Source: Eimeria praecox
Taxonomy: Eukaryota
NCBI GenBank assembly: GCA_963920595.1
Contig: OY986948.1
Span: forward strand, 186,001 to 250,000
DNA length: 64,000 nucleotides
Direction: 5' to 3'
Made by a program: the position numbers and the translations under genes. The notes under the pieces were generated by a model. The model made no database searches. It saw only the letters and a program-made list of their open reading frames with translations, and was not told the DNA's origin. This document shows, piece by piece, positions 42,398 to 57,320 of the stretch. Numbering within the stretch: the stretch's first letter is position 1; each line of letters starts with the position of its first letter.

Positions 42398-43598
42398 TTA
42401 AATAGGCTTCAAATGACAGCCAAGAAGACCTCTACCTTCCCAGCGTCTCGGAACAAGCCACAGGGAAAGTATACGGCTACCCCGTTGTACCACTACAGCT
42501 ACTCGTTCGTTCTCATGGCTTGATACTTCTCCTGGCAGTTGCTGGAATATTTCTGCAACCGTTAAGGGTGGAGTTTGTGTGTTTCCATGGGCAGATACGC
42601 CATTACAAGCTCCCCCCTGCCTGCTCTCTGATCTACTGCGGGTAGGTGCCAAACGCAGCATCCCTAGCCGCAAAAGCCTATCCCCAGCAACAATTCCTGC
42701 GGTACTGCTGGGGCTTCCCGGGTAGACAACATCTACCATAGCAAATGCTGGCCCTTCATCTACAACGCAGGCATACACAGTGTATAAACAGGAAGTGTGC
42801 ACTTCTCTTGTGAGCAATGTGCTAAGTTATATGCTATATGTACGATAAGCCCACTGGTTGTGTTGAGGCAATTCAGCTCATGAATGTATGCAAATAAAAA
42901 AGAAAGCTGCATCCAACTTGGAGTCAAGGGAATCCTCTCCTTACCATCTAGCAACGGGGGAGGCTGATCTTCCTGCCGAGTTGGTGTTTCGCTTGTTTCG
43001 TTGGTTTCGTCGTGAGTGGTTGGGGCGGCATTTGATTGATCATCAGGGGCTTTTCTGGCAGAATCCTCATGAATACGGAAGAGGATATCTTCAAGTCGTC
43101 GTTGAAGTTCCCTATAATCTGTCTTTAAGCAAGCAAGTTGGTGCCGGGCATCGCGCACTGCATGCACATCGATGTCTGCTCGGGGGAAGCCTTCTTCGTC
43201 TACTAACGGGCCGTCTAGCCCGGGCATCCCTGCGGCACACGTTTGATCTACACAATGATAAAGATTAATGAGCGTGAAGCACTCGCTGCATCACAGCCCC
43301 AAGCAAAGCCTACCCCCTTCCGTACTGGCGGTGCTAACCCCATCTAAATAATACCTGTTACCCCTCGCTACCTTTGTCACCTATCTTCTGCATGTTATGC
43401 ACAAGTTATAGCCATTATACGGGCGAACAAGAAAGCAAACTGAGATGGGCGAGAATTACCTTCGGACGTTAGGAAGCCGGCAAGGGCCTCCATCCTCTCT
43501 TCCAACTGTTGGCGTTGACGGTAGATCTCCTGCGCTTCAGCCGCCAGGGAAGATGCTTCCCCGCTTCCCCCGTTTGGGGGAGGGTCACTTGCAGTCAT
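42398..43598 (-). CDS. PSMD9: 26S proteasome assembly chaperone Nas2/PSMD9 (p27). Exons 43598-43460, 43229-42945, 42759-42398
   Basis: GLDGPLVDEEGFPRADIDVHAVRDARHQLACLKTD (Nas2 N-domain), PDZ AFAMVDVVYPGSPSSTAGIVAGD, C-terminus LVPRRWEGRGLLGCHL; in-phase GT-AG junctions. Confidence 0.95.
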
Positions 43599-44285
43599 TA
43601 TGCGGATCTATTCGTAGACACGAAGCCGGCGGGCGATGTCCGGCCTTCGCTCAAGATTAGCTCAGATCACTGGGTAGCAAACTTCCGTCCACACAGTTGT
43701 AGGCAGAGTGTATGCTCAAAACAGCTTCATACTAGCATCGATTTGCAATGAAGCTCTTCCTACAGTGTAGGGAGTAAGGTAAATGCAACCAACTGCACAC
43801 CAACGAGGTCGCCCGAATCTCACTAAGCTGTGCTGTGAGCGCGTTCTTTTGCTTGTTTGATGGAAAACAATGGTTAATTGCTATTTACGACAGATTCTCA
43901 ACGAAGAATGAATGGTTTTGACCTCAAGGCAGGAAGCTGGTGCCAATCAACCCCGACAAGGCCGTTGGCCAGACACAGTCCATCAAGAGACTGCAAGCAC
44001 CGAAAACCCACTAAGATTATCTCTTTCCTTTATTTGATTTGTTATTAAGAAATGTCTTCTATAACAATATCACGTGACTGGCTGCTTCATTCCGTAGCCT
44101 TCAGAGTTCAACACAAGGGATTTGGCTGATGACTGGTGGCATCCTTGGGCTGAAACGACCATGATCTACTACTTGCATGCGTCATAAAAACTTCGATTTC
44201 TATGTCCAATGGAAAGTTTAGTAGCCAAGTAAAATCCACCTCCACTGTTCGCTCATCTACATTATGGTTCCGCTCGAGGCGATCA

Positions 44286-44369
44286 CCGGTGATAGCTCAG
44301 TTGGTAGAGCGGCAGACTGTAGAAGCTGCGGTTATCTGTTGGTCCCTGGTTCGATTCCGGGTCACCGGA
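44286..44369 (+). tRNA. trnY-GTA: tRNA-Tyr(GTA) with an 11-nt intron (44323-44333)
   Basis: Acceptor CCGGTGA/TCACCGG + A73, C1:G72, D-arm TAGCTCAGTTGGTAGAGC, anticodon GTA at 44319-44321, intron at 37/38, T-arm GGTTCGATTCC. Confidence 0.97.
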
Positions 44370-44370
44370 G

Positions 44371-44375
44371 TTTTT
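44371..44375 (+). terminator. Pol III oligo-T terminator of tRNA-Tyr
   Basis: TTTTT starting 2 nt after the discriminator base. Confidence 0.8.
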
Positions 44376-45364
44376 ACATGATCTTACGTCAGCATCAATT
44401 AGCCTGAGTGAAATGAAAATGCGGGTAGGCCTGAGCTTTATTACAGGGCTACAAATTAAAACGTTTAATGAACTTCCATACTTTTCCCTCCATACGCCTC
44501 TGCTCAAAACGAAATGTTCTGCGGCTGATAGCAGATCCATAACAACACATCGAGGACAACGGGAGATTGATCCGTGCTAAGCTTTAGAGTTGCCAATGTA
44601 ACACACCTTAAAAGCTGAGATGGCCCTAATCAACCTGGCGCAGGCAGCAACACCTTTCAGCCGCAACCAGAAGAACTGCAGAGAACGGGCGACTTCAGGG
44701 AAGCATGACGTATCACCCTATCAGAGAAACGCCTACACTGCCTGAAGTGCAAGGGCAAGACGCAAGATTTCCCTGGACGCTCAGGCCTCTCCAACTACAA
44801 CGGCTGTGTCTATTTATTTGCCCTATTGGCTTAAACTACTGCCAGTGCGAGGTATATTAATAGATGTTACAAGAAACTCATTATTTGTCGTTGGCCCAAT
44901 TCTTGAACAACGGCAGCCTGGTGAGCACCAACACTGGAAAGTGCTCCGATGCCACGATTAGCATCCGATGAACAGGCTGGCAGACTCTAAACAAGGATCT
45001 CCGAGGCTGCTACGCCAGGTTGGGCCAAGACAGGAACTTCTTCAAGGTCCCAACATGGCTGTCAAGTAGCATATCAAAGTGAATAATTATGCATCAACAG
45101 GTAGTTCGCATTGAGTTGGCATTCTTCGTTGCCCCCGAGCCAACGAAGAAGAAGTTGACGCAAGCTGCAACTACGCACTACGGCGCAAAGAGTCGAAGAG
45201 AAGGACATTAATCCACCATGTCTCCGGCGTCTGCACCAAAGACATACAACCTAGTAGCTGCCTCAAGTGGCAGACGCCTTATGGCGTTACGAGTCAAAAC
45301 ATAACTTTGAGGTTTCACCGCACTATGACTCTGCAACCGCCAAGTCAGTGAGCAAGCAATATGC

Positions 45365-47223
45365 TCATTCATCGTCGGCTTCCTCGGCGGTGGGAGACCC
45401 GTCTTCAGCAGTTTCGCCCTCTTTATCCTCCTGCAGCTTCTCCTTCTTAACGAGACTCGTTATCTTATCATTCACTAATTGAATCTTCGCCATGATTTCC
45501 GCCTTGCGCTCATCAACCTGATACACATCAAGAACGAGCAGTTCCCAAGGAAGCTTATGCAGCAGCCTATCTCACGGACGAATACAGTCTGCCTAACCCA
45601 TGAATGCAACTGTTCCCAAAACCAAGAACTGACCTTCTGAGAGCTCTCGCGCTGCAACTCTCTGTACTTCTGCAGCTTCGCCTCAAGCTTCTCCAAGCAC
45701 GCAGGTACCTCTTCAATAAAAACAGGCGCCGATAGCTGGTCACAAGCAAAGGACATCCAAAGGCACAAGCTAGACCATTCTCAGCGCTATGCAATAATAG
45801 CAATATCAAAATATGCCTCAGAAATTCCGAATAGGCTTACTCCGCACTGTTCAAAGTAGGCCAAGGTGCCCACATCATACTTCAGCGTCTTGGGCTTCTC
45901 CTTCTTCTTCTCATGATCCTTTCCGTGTTTATTCTTCTGCTTAGGGGCGTAGAAGAAGACCTCCTTGCGCTGGCTCTTCGGCAGAAGAGCACCCGCAAGC
46001 TGCAGAAATACGCCATACACAAAGTAGCAAGCATAGCAATCGAAACATAGCAATGCGGCATTTTAATTCCCCGATTACAGGACTTCTACAATGCAGCACT
46101 CAAGCAAACTATATTTCGTTTACCTTTTCATCCACAGCGGGTTCCTCCTGCTCCTTCTCAACGCCATTGGCCGCCGGCTCATCTACGATCTTCTGCAAGT
46201 ACTGAATGGTCTGGGTAAGCAGCAAGCATTCCCCCTCATAGGGCAGCTCAGATTCCACACGTTCCAAATCACGCTGAAGCTGGAAACGCTCGTTTTCCAA
46301 GTTGCGCCTTTCGCGCTCCTCCCTCATCTGCGAATTAAGTTAACATACCGTACAGCAACAAGCTGATCTCTAGAACAAGAATGAACAGGCAGTTGAAATG
46401 CCATGGGTAAAGCTTTCCAAGGTTTATTATCTCACCTTCAGGCCACGCTCGCGCTTCACTTGCTGAATGTACGCCTGATACTTTTGCATCTGAGAAGAGG
46501 AGAGCAGCGACAACCGCGTATAACCCTAGGCACATACTTCCGCTGCATGCGGAGTGTTTCTAGAAAGCCCTGTTCAGCTGGAAGTACGAGCTTATTCTTA
46601 ACCCTGATTCAGAATACCGTGTTGCCGATTACCTCGCGGGTCAATTCTGCTTGAATCTCCCGGCGCTGAGAACAGCATGACAGAGAAGATTTCCGTAAAT
46701 GTGTTTCTATGTATGCATGCACGAAACACACCGTTGCCCCTGAGGCATCCCCGTTTGGATGGGAAGCACGAGGCCATCAATAATAATTTTATGGGAATAT
46801 AGGATTCACTAGTTTAATACGCACATTTGCGAAGTGCTTGCTCATCTCCGCCGACAAACGTTCTCGCTCTTCAATCATTTCACGGCCCGGTGCAGTTGCC
46901 TTTTGTCTGAATGAGAACACCAGAGCAGCGTCATCAAGATCCGTATCAACCCAACGAGTAGGAGACCCAGTCAAGTAAAATAAACAACTAAAACTCAACC
47001 ACGGCACATTCTACAAACACTAGATTCACTAACCTCTTCTCCAGAAGCTCCTTGTACTTCTGGCTTTCCTCGCGCTTCTGCGTACGAAGTTCCAGCAGCT
47101 TTGTGCGGACTTCATCAAGCGTGGCTCTCAAGGGCACTGGGAAGCAGCAAACAGCATCACACAACAACAGAAACATTCACAACTCTGAAAGAAGCATAAA
47201 GACCACAGCGACGCGTAGTAAGG

Positions 47224-47268
<45 letters not shown>

Positions 47269-48584
47269 TATATATAGATATAGATATAGATATAGATATA
47301 TAGATATAGATATAAACTCACCCACAGAAGAGTCCTCCAGGCTACTGGCACTCTGTTCTAGTGCTTGGTATTTGCTCAGCAGAGGTTTGCTGTTCTTCAA
47401 GCGCTTGATTTCCTCCAGCAATTGCTTTTCTTCCTTGAGGGTAAGCGTTGAAGTCATCATGCTGTGCTCCAAAGCAGCAACCTTCTGATCGATATCTTCC
47501 AGTGAAGCGAAGCCAATTTTACGCCGCAAATCAGTTGCAGATTGTTTCTGAAGCAACCCCAGCAGAATTGGATTCAAACATATTGCTGCATCCTCTCCTC
47601 CATGAATTACAAGGAATAAATCATGGGTTCGAAACGAATAGATGACACATGCACAAACGCGCTGACAGACTGCCTGTAAAGCCTCACCAAATCGGCGCCT
47701 TCCTTCTGCTTTACTTGGATCTTCTCAAATAAAACCTTCCGCTTTTCCTCGAGTTGATCGATTTCTTTCTGGTGGCACAACACGCATGTCCAGGAAGTTC
47801 AGCTGAAGAAGAATGCTGCTCTAAGGGAGCCTGCAATCCCAGTTACAACTCGTCAAGGGTTCGCGTTTACCTGCAGAGCGTCCAGGCGTGCTTGCCTGTT
47901 TTGCTTCTCCATGTTGTACTCCTCTCGGCCGCCGATGACAGCTGATATCTTTTGCTGGAGCTCACTCTGCACGTAAAACCGTAGTCACACAAAACCCCTT
48001 CATGTCTGATATGCATGTCTGATATCTACCCAGACATACCACTAGGCACTGCCAATCCTTGTGAGAGAGATAAGCCCTCCTTCGCGGTGTTAGGTGCTGC
48101 ACTACTAATCAAGCACAGAATATCCTACACACCAACAGCTCATAAACAGCCAAATGCCGTGTGCATGCGTGCCCCCGAGAACTCGAATGAGAACCTGGCT
48201 GCACGTCGAGTTCTAAGGACCATTGCCCCAACTCATACACTCCGTCGTTGCACAAATCCATTCAAGCTGGTAGATATTCTGGTGTTATTAGGTGAGAAAA
48301 GCGCGTATTCCCGGCCACATGCATGCCGGCATCTACTGCTCCCGAGCGCATGTCGTGAATGACTTCACGTTTTTAGCGCCCATCCGACGGTGCTTGCGGC
48401 ACAAAATGGAAAACAATATATAGTAGATGATGGTAAGTTTCTGTGAAAAGGACAGCCGACGTACGATTTTTGTCTTCAACTCATCAATGGCCGCTGTCTC
48501 GGCTTGGATGCGGTCCCTGTAGAGCTTCTCATCAGGCTTGGGCACAGGCTCCAGCTTCTTCGTCTTGTCCACTTTCCCCGCCAT
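45365..48584 (-). CDS. Bfr1 / proton-pump-interactor-like coiled-coil protein, about 11 exons (first 48584-48465)
   Basis: MAGKVDK...KPDEKLYRDRIQAE, KIGFASLEDIDQKVAALEHSMMTSTLTLKEEKQLLEEIKRLK and TLKYDVGTLAYFEQCG/LSAPVFIEEVPACLEKLEAKL resemble fungal Bfr1 blocks; last exon ends EEADDE*. The gene is clear, the family call is by eye. Confidence 0.75.
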
Positions 48585-51500
48585 TTTGTCTGGAGCTGGC
48601 CTTGCTTCGCCTACGAAGCTCTCGAGAGCACAGAGTGCACTGTTGGCGAAAGGTCGGCGCGTGCGGGGGAAACTGGAAGCGGCGCCTGTTGATGCAAACC
48701 AGGCTCCGGCAGATACAGACAGACGTATATTAATTGTGCAGAAAATGGCACGATGTATTTCTAGAGAACTTTCGAACGCTGTACCCGAGACAGGCACAAC
48801 TCAGCCAGTGCAAGCATTCAGGGGAGGGGTTGCTCGCAGCCCCCGACGCTCACCGCATACTTTGGAGGCTGCTCAATTTAGTATGGGGCTTTAATCTCTA
48901 TCACCTTTCCCCTTCTAGACATTCCATTGCCTTCCATATCCCATTCCAACTCATGAGAGTACAGCACCCAAAAGGCGTAGTGGTTGCGCAGTCTTCTTGT
49001 CTGCGTCCGCTTCAAACGCAGCACGCTACTGCGGTCTCGCTAACTTTTACTAGCAAATAAAAACAGGCATTGGGACTTATGTGAAAATACCCCGTATTTC
49101 TTTGATGCTTTCATCATTGTGGCCAGCCTAGGTTCCGCTACACCTACAGCTTCGCCGTGCATTGTAGATTGCCTTGATCCTGGTACGTCCAAAGCGGGTA
49201 CGTGCGCTTCTACTTGCTTGCACACTTGCTATCGATGGCAAAGTAAGTGTTTCGCAATTGAGTACAATGGCAGTGCATTCAGCAATTGGCGCTTGGTAAT
49301 GTCTACCCTTAAAGTTTCCTTGCAGCAGGAGTTGCAGCAAGGTGTGCTGCAACCCAGGGCAAGCCGTGTCCTCACTGCACCAACAAAAGGGCGTCGCGTA
49401 GCAGTGTCCAGGACTCTTGTTGGCCGGAAGCGAAAGCGGATTGAATGGAGGAACTCGCATCTGAAACCTTTGACTCCATTCCAGCTCGCGACACAGCTCA
49501 CGACGGTTCCCAGGTCGACAGCCCCTGTTACAGTTGGTAGCACAGTAGGTTTCATCGGGGCAGGTACGAGCAGCGAATGCTGATGCATACCGCTTATTGG
49601 TGCCGAATCCTATGAGTGACAAAAAGTGTTTGGATATTGTCACCAAACTTCCGTCAAAAATTCTGTCGTCTTCTCCCGCACAAAGGAGATTGGTCAGGAT
49701 ATGTCCTCCGGGGAGGTTGCCAACGGCTGGGCAGCTCGTCGCAATGGGAAAGGTGCCATATTTGCTAAATGTCTTCACAGTGAAAACCATTCATGAAGAA
49801 TGCCGCAGTTTTTGCCAAGTGGCCGAAAAATACGGCCAAAGCAATGCTTGGGCGGTGAAGCTCCTCGCTTCTTAGGAAGCCTGCTCGTCTTTCAAGTTCA
49901 TGCAAAAAGCAATCGTTTGCTAATAGAACCTTCGTTACTAGAGTGAGAGACACATGACAATGGTGATTACGAAAGGGCGGTATATGTTCGAACTATGGGT
50001 TTAAAGCATTCTGGCATACGCCCCTATGTGGGCAGTGGCTAATCGCAGGTTTGCAAGGGATCACGAGAGGACTGCATTAAAAAAATTCGGAAAAGCGAAG
50101 CTAATGATTCAGCAATACGGAGAAAAATACCATTCCTTGGTGGGAAGACCAACAGTGGTCTCGATCAGTGAAGCGAGCCAGGTACAACTAGGTGGGTAGT
50201 GAAGAGGGAACCAAGGGAGGAAAGTGTAGAACACGCCGATGTGGTTAGTTTCTTGCGCAACGAAGAGAGACCCCAAACACCACATACAACGCCATGCCTG
50301 AGGCGGATGAGAGAGGCTTTAAAAACTCACCCGGATACACAACCTCGGGTATTCAGGGTGTGCCTAGTAACGCCACCCTGGAAAAGACGAAGAGAGAGAG
50401 AGAGAATAAGGTACCCAGCGGCTCATATGCTTGTTTTGTATCAACGAAAGTCAAAACGATCGAGGCAGGAGCTACGGAATTTTGAGAAGCAGTTATTCGT
50501 GCAGCTGCCCCAGAACACAATGGTGAGCCATTGAACTCATCAGCGAATGTGAACACTGCATCTGAAGACCTGTCTTCCATTCAAGTCTGTGCTTCAGCAA
50601 GTCCGTAGTGATGGCCACGAGTTGGTTACACTGCTTGAGCAGTGGCCGGGATCTGAGAGTTGAAGCTTCGCCGAGGGGTACATCCTACCAGTCCTTTCAT
50701 TGACACAGCTTCTGAGATTCTGCCTCGTATATGGCAGACAAGACGCAAGAATCTGCAAAATTATGAGGGGCGAATGCACGATCAGCTCATAAATGGGCCA
50801 TATTAGCATGATACGGAATTGGAATCAGGGACCAGTTCACCACGGCATAATCGTAGACATGCTGTGGGCTGCTCAGTGAATGGCACGCATGGTGCCTCCA
50901 GACGGCAGCATTGAGGTCTACGTGACACACAACCATGACAGCTTTTCCCCGCCCCACCAGCGCTCGTCACAGCGTCTGCACTCTGTTTTCTAAAGGGGCT
51001 GCAACCAACTTCCGGAAATGAAACTAGCGAGGGGGCTTAAACGCAGTGCAGCGGCGGTGGTGAAGAAATATATGTACTCCATCGTGGTGGTCTTATGAAG
51101 GCAAAAGATTAAGGAATTCGACCCACTCAGCACCCCACGAACAGTGAGCACAATTGAAGGAAGAGCTCTGAGATGAACTAAAAAGGAAGGAGCTGACAGC
51201 AGGCAGGCCGCTCGGACTCCCCCCACACCCCCTTCGTACCACATCGAGCCCACTGTCGACGCGTTTCTTTAGGGGAAACTCGCAACAGCCACGCAGGAAA
51301 CACGACAAGGGGAAATGGCCGAAAATCAAATCAACTGGAATGCTTAATTATGTGGCGGTGCTAACGGAGAAAGAGAACATAGGTGCGGCATGAGCATCGG
51401 CTCCATGCTCCCTAATAATGCCATGGTGAAGCGAAAATTTCTGAGGCGATGGATAAACGAAATACTTTAAAGCTTGCAGGGTTCAGCAGTCTATTCATGA

Positions 51501-53499
51501 TCTGAAATGTCTTCTTCAATACATCCCAGTGCTGATGGCACGCATAAGACGCCGCCAACTACACGTTCCAGCTTTGCCATGCATAGAAGTTTTGTGCACG
51601 ATGCACGATCACGCTGCAGCTTGCTATGGAGGTATCAACCAAACGACGAAGAGGGCCGCCTATGATGGGCACCTCATAGGCGCAATATGGAATTACTTGC
51701 CTTGAATGCCAGCAGAAACAAACCTCGAGTACTCTCGAACCTGGACTCTCGCGGGATTCCTAGGCGGATGTGGGCGGGTGTTCTAATGCAGTTCACAGTG
51801 GGTTTACCAGCAGCTACAGGCTGCGATAGCATCTGTGCGTTGTTGAGGGTAGCTTCAGCAAACACTTCCGCTTTGTCCGATGTTCGACTCCAGTTACAGC
51901 AGGAGTGTCCGAACAATCCATTCACCATGTCTGGAGGCACTACAGTTCCCGGAGAAGCGCCATCACTGGCGAATTCGTGAAGGGGCTCACCACTGACCAT
52001 GATATAATCGCCACGAAGCAGTCAGAGGTAGGTGGCCACATTGAACGCATCTGCTGCGCACTTGGTCTGCAATTGTGACTCTGCTCAGCAAAATTCGTGA
52101 TGCTCCCTTGGCTCTCGTCCCTGCGCGTAATGGGTTTACAATACAACAAAACACCCGCCTTTGGCCCTCCGACATCACTGATTTACATGGAAGCATCGCC
52201 ATCTGAACTGGCGTTAAAATTGACTGTCAGAAGGCAGCCCCTTACTTCAACAGCCGTCTAGATCCATTCAACCTTTCCAGCAGTGAGATAATCGAGGCAT
52301 ACACAAGGCCGCCAGGCAGCAACCTACGATGAACAAAGCTCGGCAGCCACTTTCAACCCGGATTAATTGGTTTTAGTAGATTGTCATCTCATAAGGCAGA
52401 AGCGAACGAGCAGCCGAAGAAAGTGGCCATGCGTTTGTTAGGGCCCTTCAATGTTAGCTCTGGAGTTAATTCGATGGATTACACCATCGGGTCACCCCCG
52501 GCGTGAAGGTATCACCATCCCATTAAGGCCGGCTTTTAAGACGATTCAGGGAACCACCAAAGTTTCTTCGCTGTTCCCCCACAAAACAGCAGCAATACCA
52601 TAAGGCAAAAGACCAAATGGAAGTGAATTGTATCCTTGACACAAGCAGAACAGTTAGCAGGGGTTAGAGAAGGCGACAATATTACACTGGGTGGTGAAGA
52701 TGTCAGCAGGCTGAGCGGATTTCTGATGACCACGTGAGCGAAACAGTGCCTCGGGAGCATATAAGCACCCTTCTCGAATGAGCCGCAGTGACTGCAAAGG
52801 TATGCATGCGCGGCGCAGCTTATGTGTGGGCAGCGTGAAACCATTTGGCAACCTCTGCTAGGGGACGCTGAGGACGGGCTTCCTATCTTTTTATCGGCAC
52901 GCCCCTCTCCCCCAAATTGCTTCACTTGCCTATACCCGTAGGTGGCTCGGTTCCTTCGCCAACAGCACAATCATATTTTCCACATACTACTACGATTTGG
53001 CACTTTCCACGTGGTCCCCTCTCCGCCGTCCAGCCAGTTGCGCACAGTTTTCTAAAGAGGGTAGCTGCGCTATGGTCCCCTGATGAAGAAAGAGCGAGTT
53101 CACCGTTGGGGTTCGCTTCACCAAGGACTCTGGCTTTCGACATGGAGCTCTATCGATATATTCCCTCGCTCAGTTATTCTTACCTACGCGGTGCTCCGTG
53201 AAACCGGTGCCCTTGCATAGGTAGCTTCGCCCATGATCATCGTTTTCCAGCCCCACAAATTTTCATCGTTTTCGTGCCTCTCCTTGGGAAGCTGGCAAAG
53301 GTTAAGGTATTTCCATCAATTGCTTTCGCTTTAAAAGCATTTTTATCTGGACAGACTGAGAATCTTGCTCTGACTCGAATGCGACGAGACGCGCAGCCGT
53401 TGGCCGACCCCAGCCAACGGGCAGTTTCTGACCCGTACCGGTAAATCCAGTGGAGGCAAGGCTGAACAGAGACATTAGAGAAAGTACCGTTCCTCCCTT

Positions 53500-56400
53500 C
53501 TTTTCTGGCAGAGCGCTTTCGTTAAAAACCTGTCTTCTGCACCAGGCACCCCAGTTGCGGGGCTCTTTTCGGCATCTCCCCTCTGCCCCCCTTAAACTAT
53601 GCTTTCCTATCAAGTACGGCGAGAGTGCTCGATCTTTGCCGAGGGTCATTATGCGTTCAGCTGGACTTCGTCCCAACCGCCGGGCACAGTGAGTGCAGCT
53701 TCATAAGGGCCTGCGGTTGCTGAGGAGAGGAAGCATCCTGCTGCAGGTTGAAGCATATGTTGTGCCAACTTGGACTGCAAGCCTGCATACGCAAGCGCTC
53801 TTTTGATGCATATTAATAACACTGTGGACCATTAGAAAACACTTTGGTAGCCTTTAGCTGACAGCCTGAACGCGCCTACAGGCTCATGCGAACTTCTAGC
53901 AGGTCATGCTGCATCATGGCGCTTGGGTCCGAGAGCGATTAGTATCTTAAAAGCGTGGATCAAGAACATTGCTCTACTGCGGGCATCTCCACGCAAGCAA
54001 AAATACAAAATGAGGGCGCTTCAACTAGGGCAACGTAAAGAATACTTAACAATTGTCTACGCTGCTGGAATATGCGGCCTTCGGCGTGTTTGCATTTATG
54101 GGTACCTTGCACTCGAATTTTCAGCAAGGAGTGCGGTAATTCATAAAGGGCCGCCTCTTCCCCACCTCGTGGTGTAGCAAGGCCTGTGCGACGTTGGTTC
54201 TAGCAACTCTACCTACTATCAGACTGACTATAGAGGGGCAGATAAGTCTTTAACGACCGTACAAAGCTACCTCAAGCAACAAAGACGATATTGGTTGTGC
54301 GTGCACTTGAGACTGCCTCGCTGCACTAGCTGTCGCAAGGTGCGTCGCAGCCCTTGACAGATGGGCTGCATCTCCACCAGCTCCATGCCATTGATTTGCT
54401 CTGGTTAGGATGCCTGGAGCCCCGTGGGAGGCCAGCTGCTTTTTCCGAACTCCTTTCTAAGGTATTGGACTCTGCTACGGCTTGCGACGGTCCTAAGCAA
54501 GATCGAGGACTCTCCTTACACCAGGCCTTATGTGGCTCTCCAAGGTTCCTAGAGACTCAGCGGTGGGCCAGCGGCTGTTTGTGAGACTTATAACAAGTAT
54601 TCTTGGGCCTTATGCAGCTCGCAAAGGCCTACAGCTAACGCGTAGGCCTCTCGTTAACACACTTTACAGCAACAGACTGCGCTAGGCTACTGCAAGGGGG
54701 AAGGCCTGAGTGATCAGGTATGCTATCACTGCCACAGCAACATAGCAAGTGGATACATAAAGTAAGCACGAGAAACTTCAGTGCATTTCATTCATGTGCT
54801 CGACCCCACAGAGGTGACCAACGTTGGGAAATCCAAAAGGTGACCAATATACGGGAATGGGAGGAGGCTAACACCATCGTAAATTTGTGGGGAAATCATT
54901 GTTATATGCTACCTTGTCCAATTTATCTTTAATGAAAGTTTTAATCCGCGTCACTAGTAAAGGAACGCAAAGGCAACCAGCCGCCGCTGGTCTGCAGTGC
55001 CCCACTGCTCCAACCCCACCGTGCTTCCTGTTACCCCCCGCCGGGCAGTCAGATCTTTTGGGGCCGTTTTCCCCACAATTCAGCGTTTTTTTGCCTTTTT
55101 ATATAAAAATTATTATATTTGCTACTTCTTAGAGGTTATTTTTACCGAGGAGAGCGGATATTCCGCCGCTGGGCCTTGGGGCCGCTGACGACGCCCTCCC
55201 ACTCGGTTGTTGATTCTTGCATAAATTGCAGCACAAGGCGGTTTTTCGTTCAATATATGTAAGGCTTACACGCTTTTAGCTCTTTTAATTCGGGAATTTG
55301 CTCGAATGAATGGGACAAATCAGCAAGACACTCCCCTCGTCAAGGCGTGCATTCAGATGCTCGCCCTAGGCTGCTGCACCCCCAGAGCCTTAGATCTAGG
55401 TCTCCCATGTTATGCATTTTATTGTTTTTATCATTGGAACCAAATGGTACATATTTGGGATGGTATGGTGGCATTTGCCATTGTATTCCTACTGCAATTG
55501 CTGCCCGCCAGGGCGTGTACAACCCCACCATCTGGCTTGCTATGAATCGGGCCTCACACCTCTTGTTTGTACTCTCCCATCCTCATCTGAAGAGTAGCCC
55601 GTAGTTTCGTTTGTATGATGTGGTCCTGCAGGTTCCTGGCGATACTCTGCACCCACAGGTCTGCAGGGTTCACGAATATCTTTAGTGCATCAAGAGGCAA
55701 GGGGCAAAGCACCGTGATCACACACAAGCAAGTCGCTTAAAGGAAGGAGTGCTGGCCTCCTCACCGTAAGAAACCCATAGTTGTGGCACGTGGAAGATGC
55801 AAATTCGTGCTGTTGGATTCAAAGGCGCTTAAAGATCTGTTTGCTGTTCAGCGGCTCAGGCCCCACAAGGTTTCCTGCGTCTCCATACTCACCAATGGAG
55901 CAAGCGATTGCCTCTCATGAACGCAGAGTACGTGATATATACACTTGTTTAATTACAGAAGATTTAGAAATGACTATGCATTCCCCAAATACCCATTTGA
56001 ACACTTGTTGTTGCGTCTGCTCTGCAGCTCCAGTCAATGAGTCAGGATTTGGCGTTCGTGGAGCAGCAGATTATTCGTGCCATGGCGGATCCACAGGTGG
56101 ACCAGTCACTGTTACATACGCTGGGCAGGCTGCGCGAACTACGCGGAGTGGTTGCTAACATCCTGGCCAAGCACACAGTGGGTCCTTTCGCATGCTCCTT
56201 TCGGGTTTAAGACTTCTAGCGACTGTTCAGTACAGCTACGCTTTGCTGCCCCTAGCCGTAACCGCAATCGTTCGTAGCATCGATGCTGTGGCAAATCTAT
56301 AGTGTAAAAATTCCATTTGCATCCGTGCAACTAATACGCAGGAGGTGACCTCGGTCTGGAGCAGCTTTGCAGCCGCTGCTCGCAGTCAGGCATGCTGCCT

Positions 56401-57320
56401 GGAATACCTACAAACTCTCCGAGTAAGGCTAGATAACTGCTTACCCAAGCACTACAAGCACTTCAGCAGGTGCATTTCATAACAAGGCAGATGGCAGAAC
56501 TAATCAACCGTAGATAGCTATATTTCTTCTCAGGCTGTGGCTGAGGCAAATGGCTATTGGCGCCATCAGTCAGAGGTATTGAACGCTTCTGCAAGGGAAT
56601 TCGCCGAATTATTTTGGTCGCGAGACTTCCCCTTCCATAGTATTAAGTAAGTTTTGTACAAAGCAGCGGAGGTGCAGAGGCGCTGTATGCAAAAACACGG
56701 ATATCGCATGGCCTTATGTTGTGATTAGCATTGATGCCCCTCCAATGTACCAACAGGCGTATCCCCTCTTCGGCGTCCGCAGCCGCTGATCACCCGAGCG
56801 GCAACTTGTCTTCACCTAGCAGCGCTCTGGGTGAGAGCGAACTTCCTTCTGTTGAAGAGAGCAGGCCGGCACCTGGGCAGGTGAAGTCATCCCTTGGTTT
56901 CAAATTAATCCCTCCTAGTAGAGCTCCAGCTTGAGAAGACTGCTGCTTGAGCTTTTGCAAAGCATTCTCTATGTTCACGCCTTAACTGCTCCGTCGGTCA
57001 GCACAAGCAAAACAGTGCACCACTGTGAGCTGCCTTTCTGTGGAGCGCAGAGACCCCATGCCTCAGCGGTGCCAACGATGACGGACCCAAGGAGCCCTTG
57101 ATATCGATGTAGAGCGACCGCCTCCAAAGGCATTCACTGCTCATCACAATAGGCAAAATGCAGCTTACCGGAATGTTCTCATTGTTGTTTGTCCTGTTTC
57201 GTATGTGTACTATGGTCTATGTTACCACTGAAAACCTAACACATTTGGTCGCCTTCAGCTTTCTCGGTGTGCTGAGGGAGAAAACCCCTCTGCTGAAGGT
57301 GCAGGGAGTTGCAGAGGCCG
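53500..57320 (+). CDS. Probable multi-exon hypothetical gene, boundaries unresolved (may extend back toward 49 kb)
   Basis: Several CAG|...|GT-bounded open blocks, e.g. 56028-56096 and 56342-56423, which join as LQSMSQDLAFVEQQIIRAMADPQ|EVTSVWSSFAAAARSQG. No full model or domain. Confidence 0.35.
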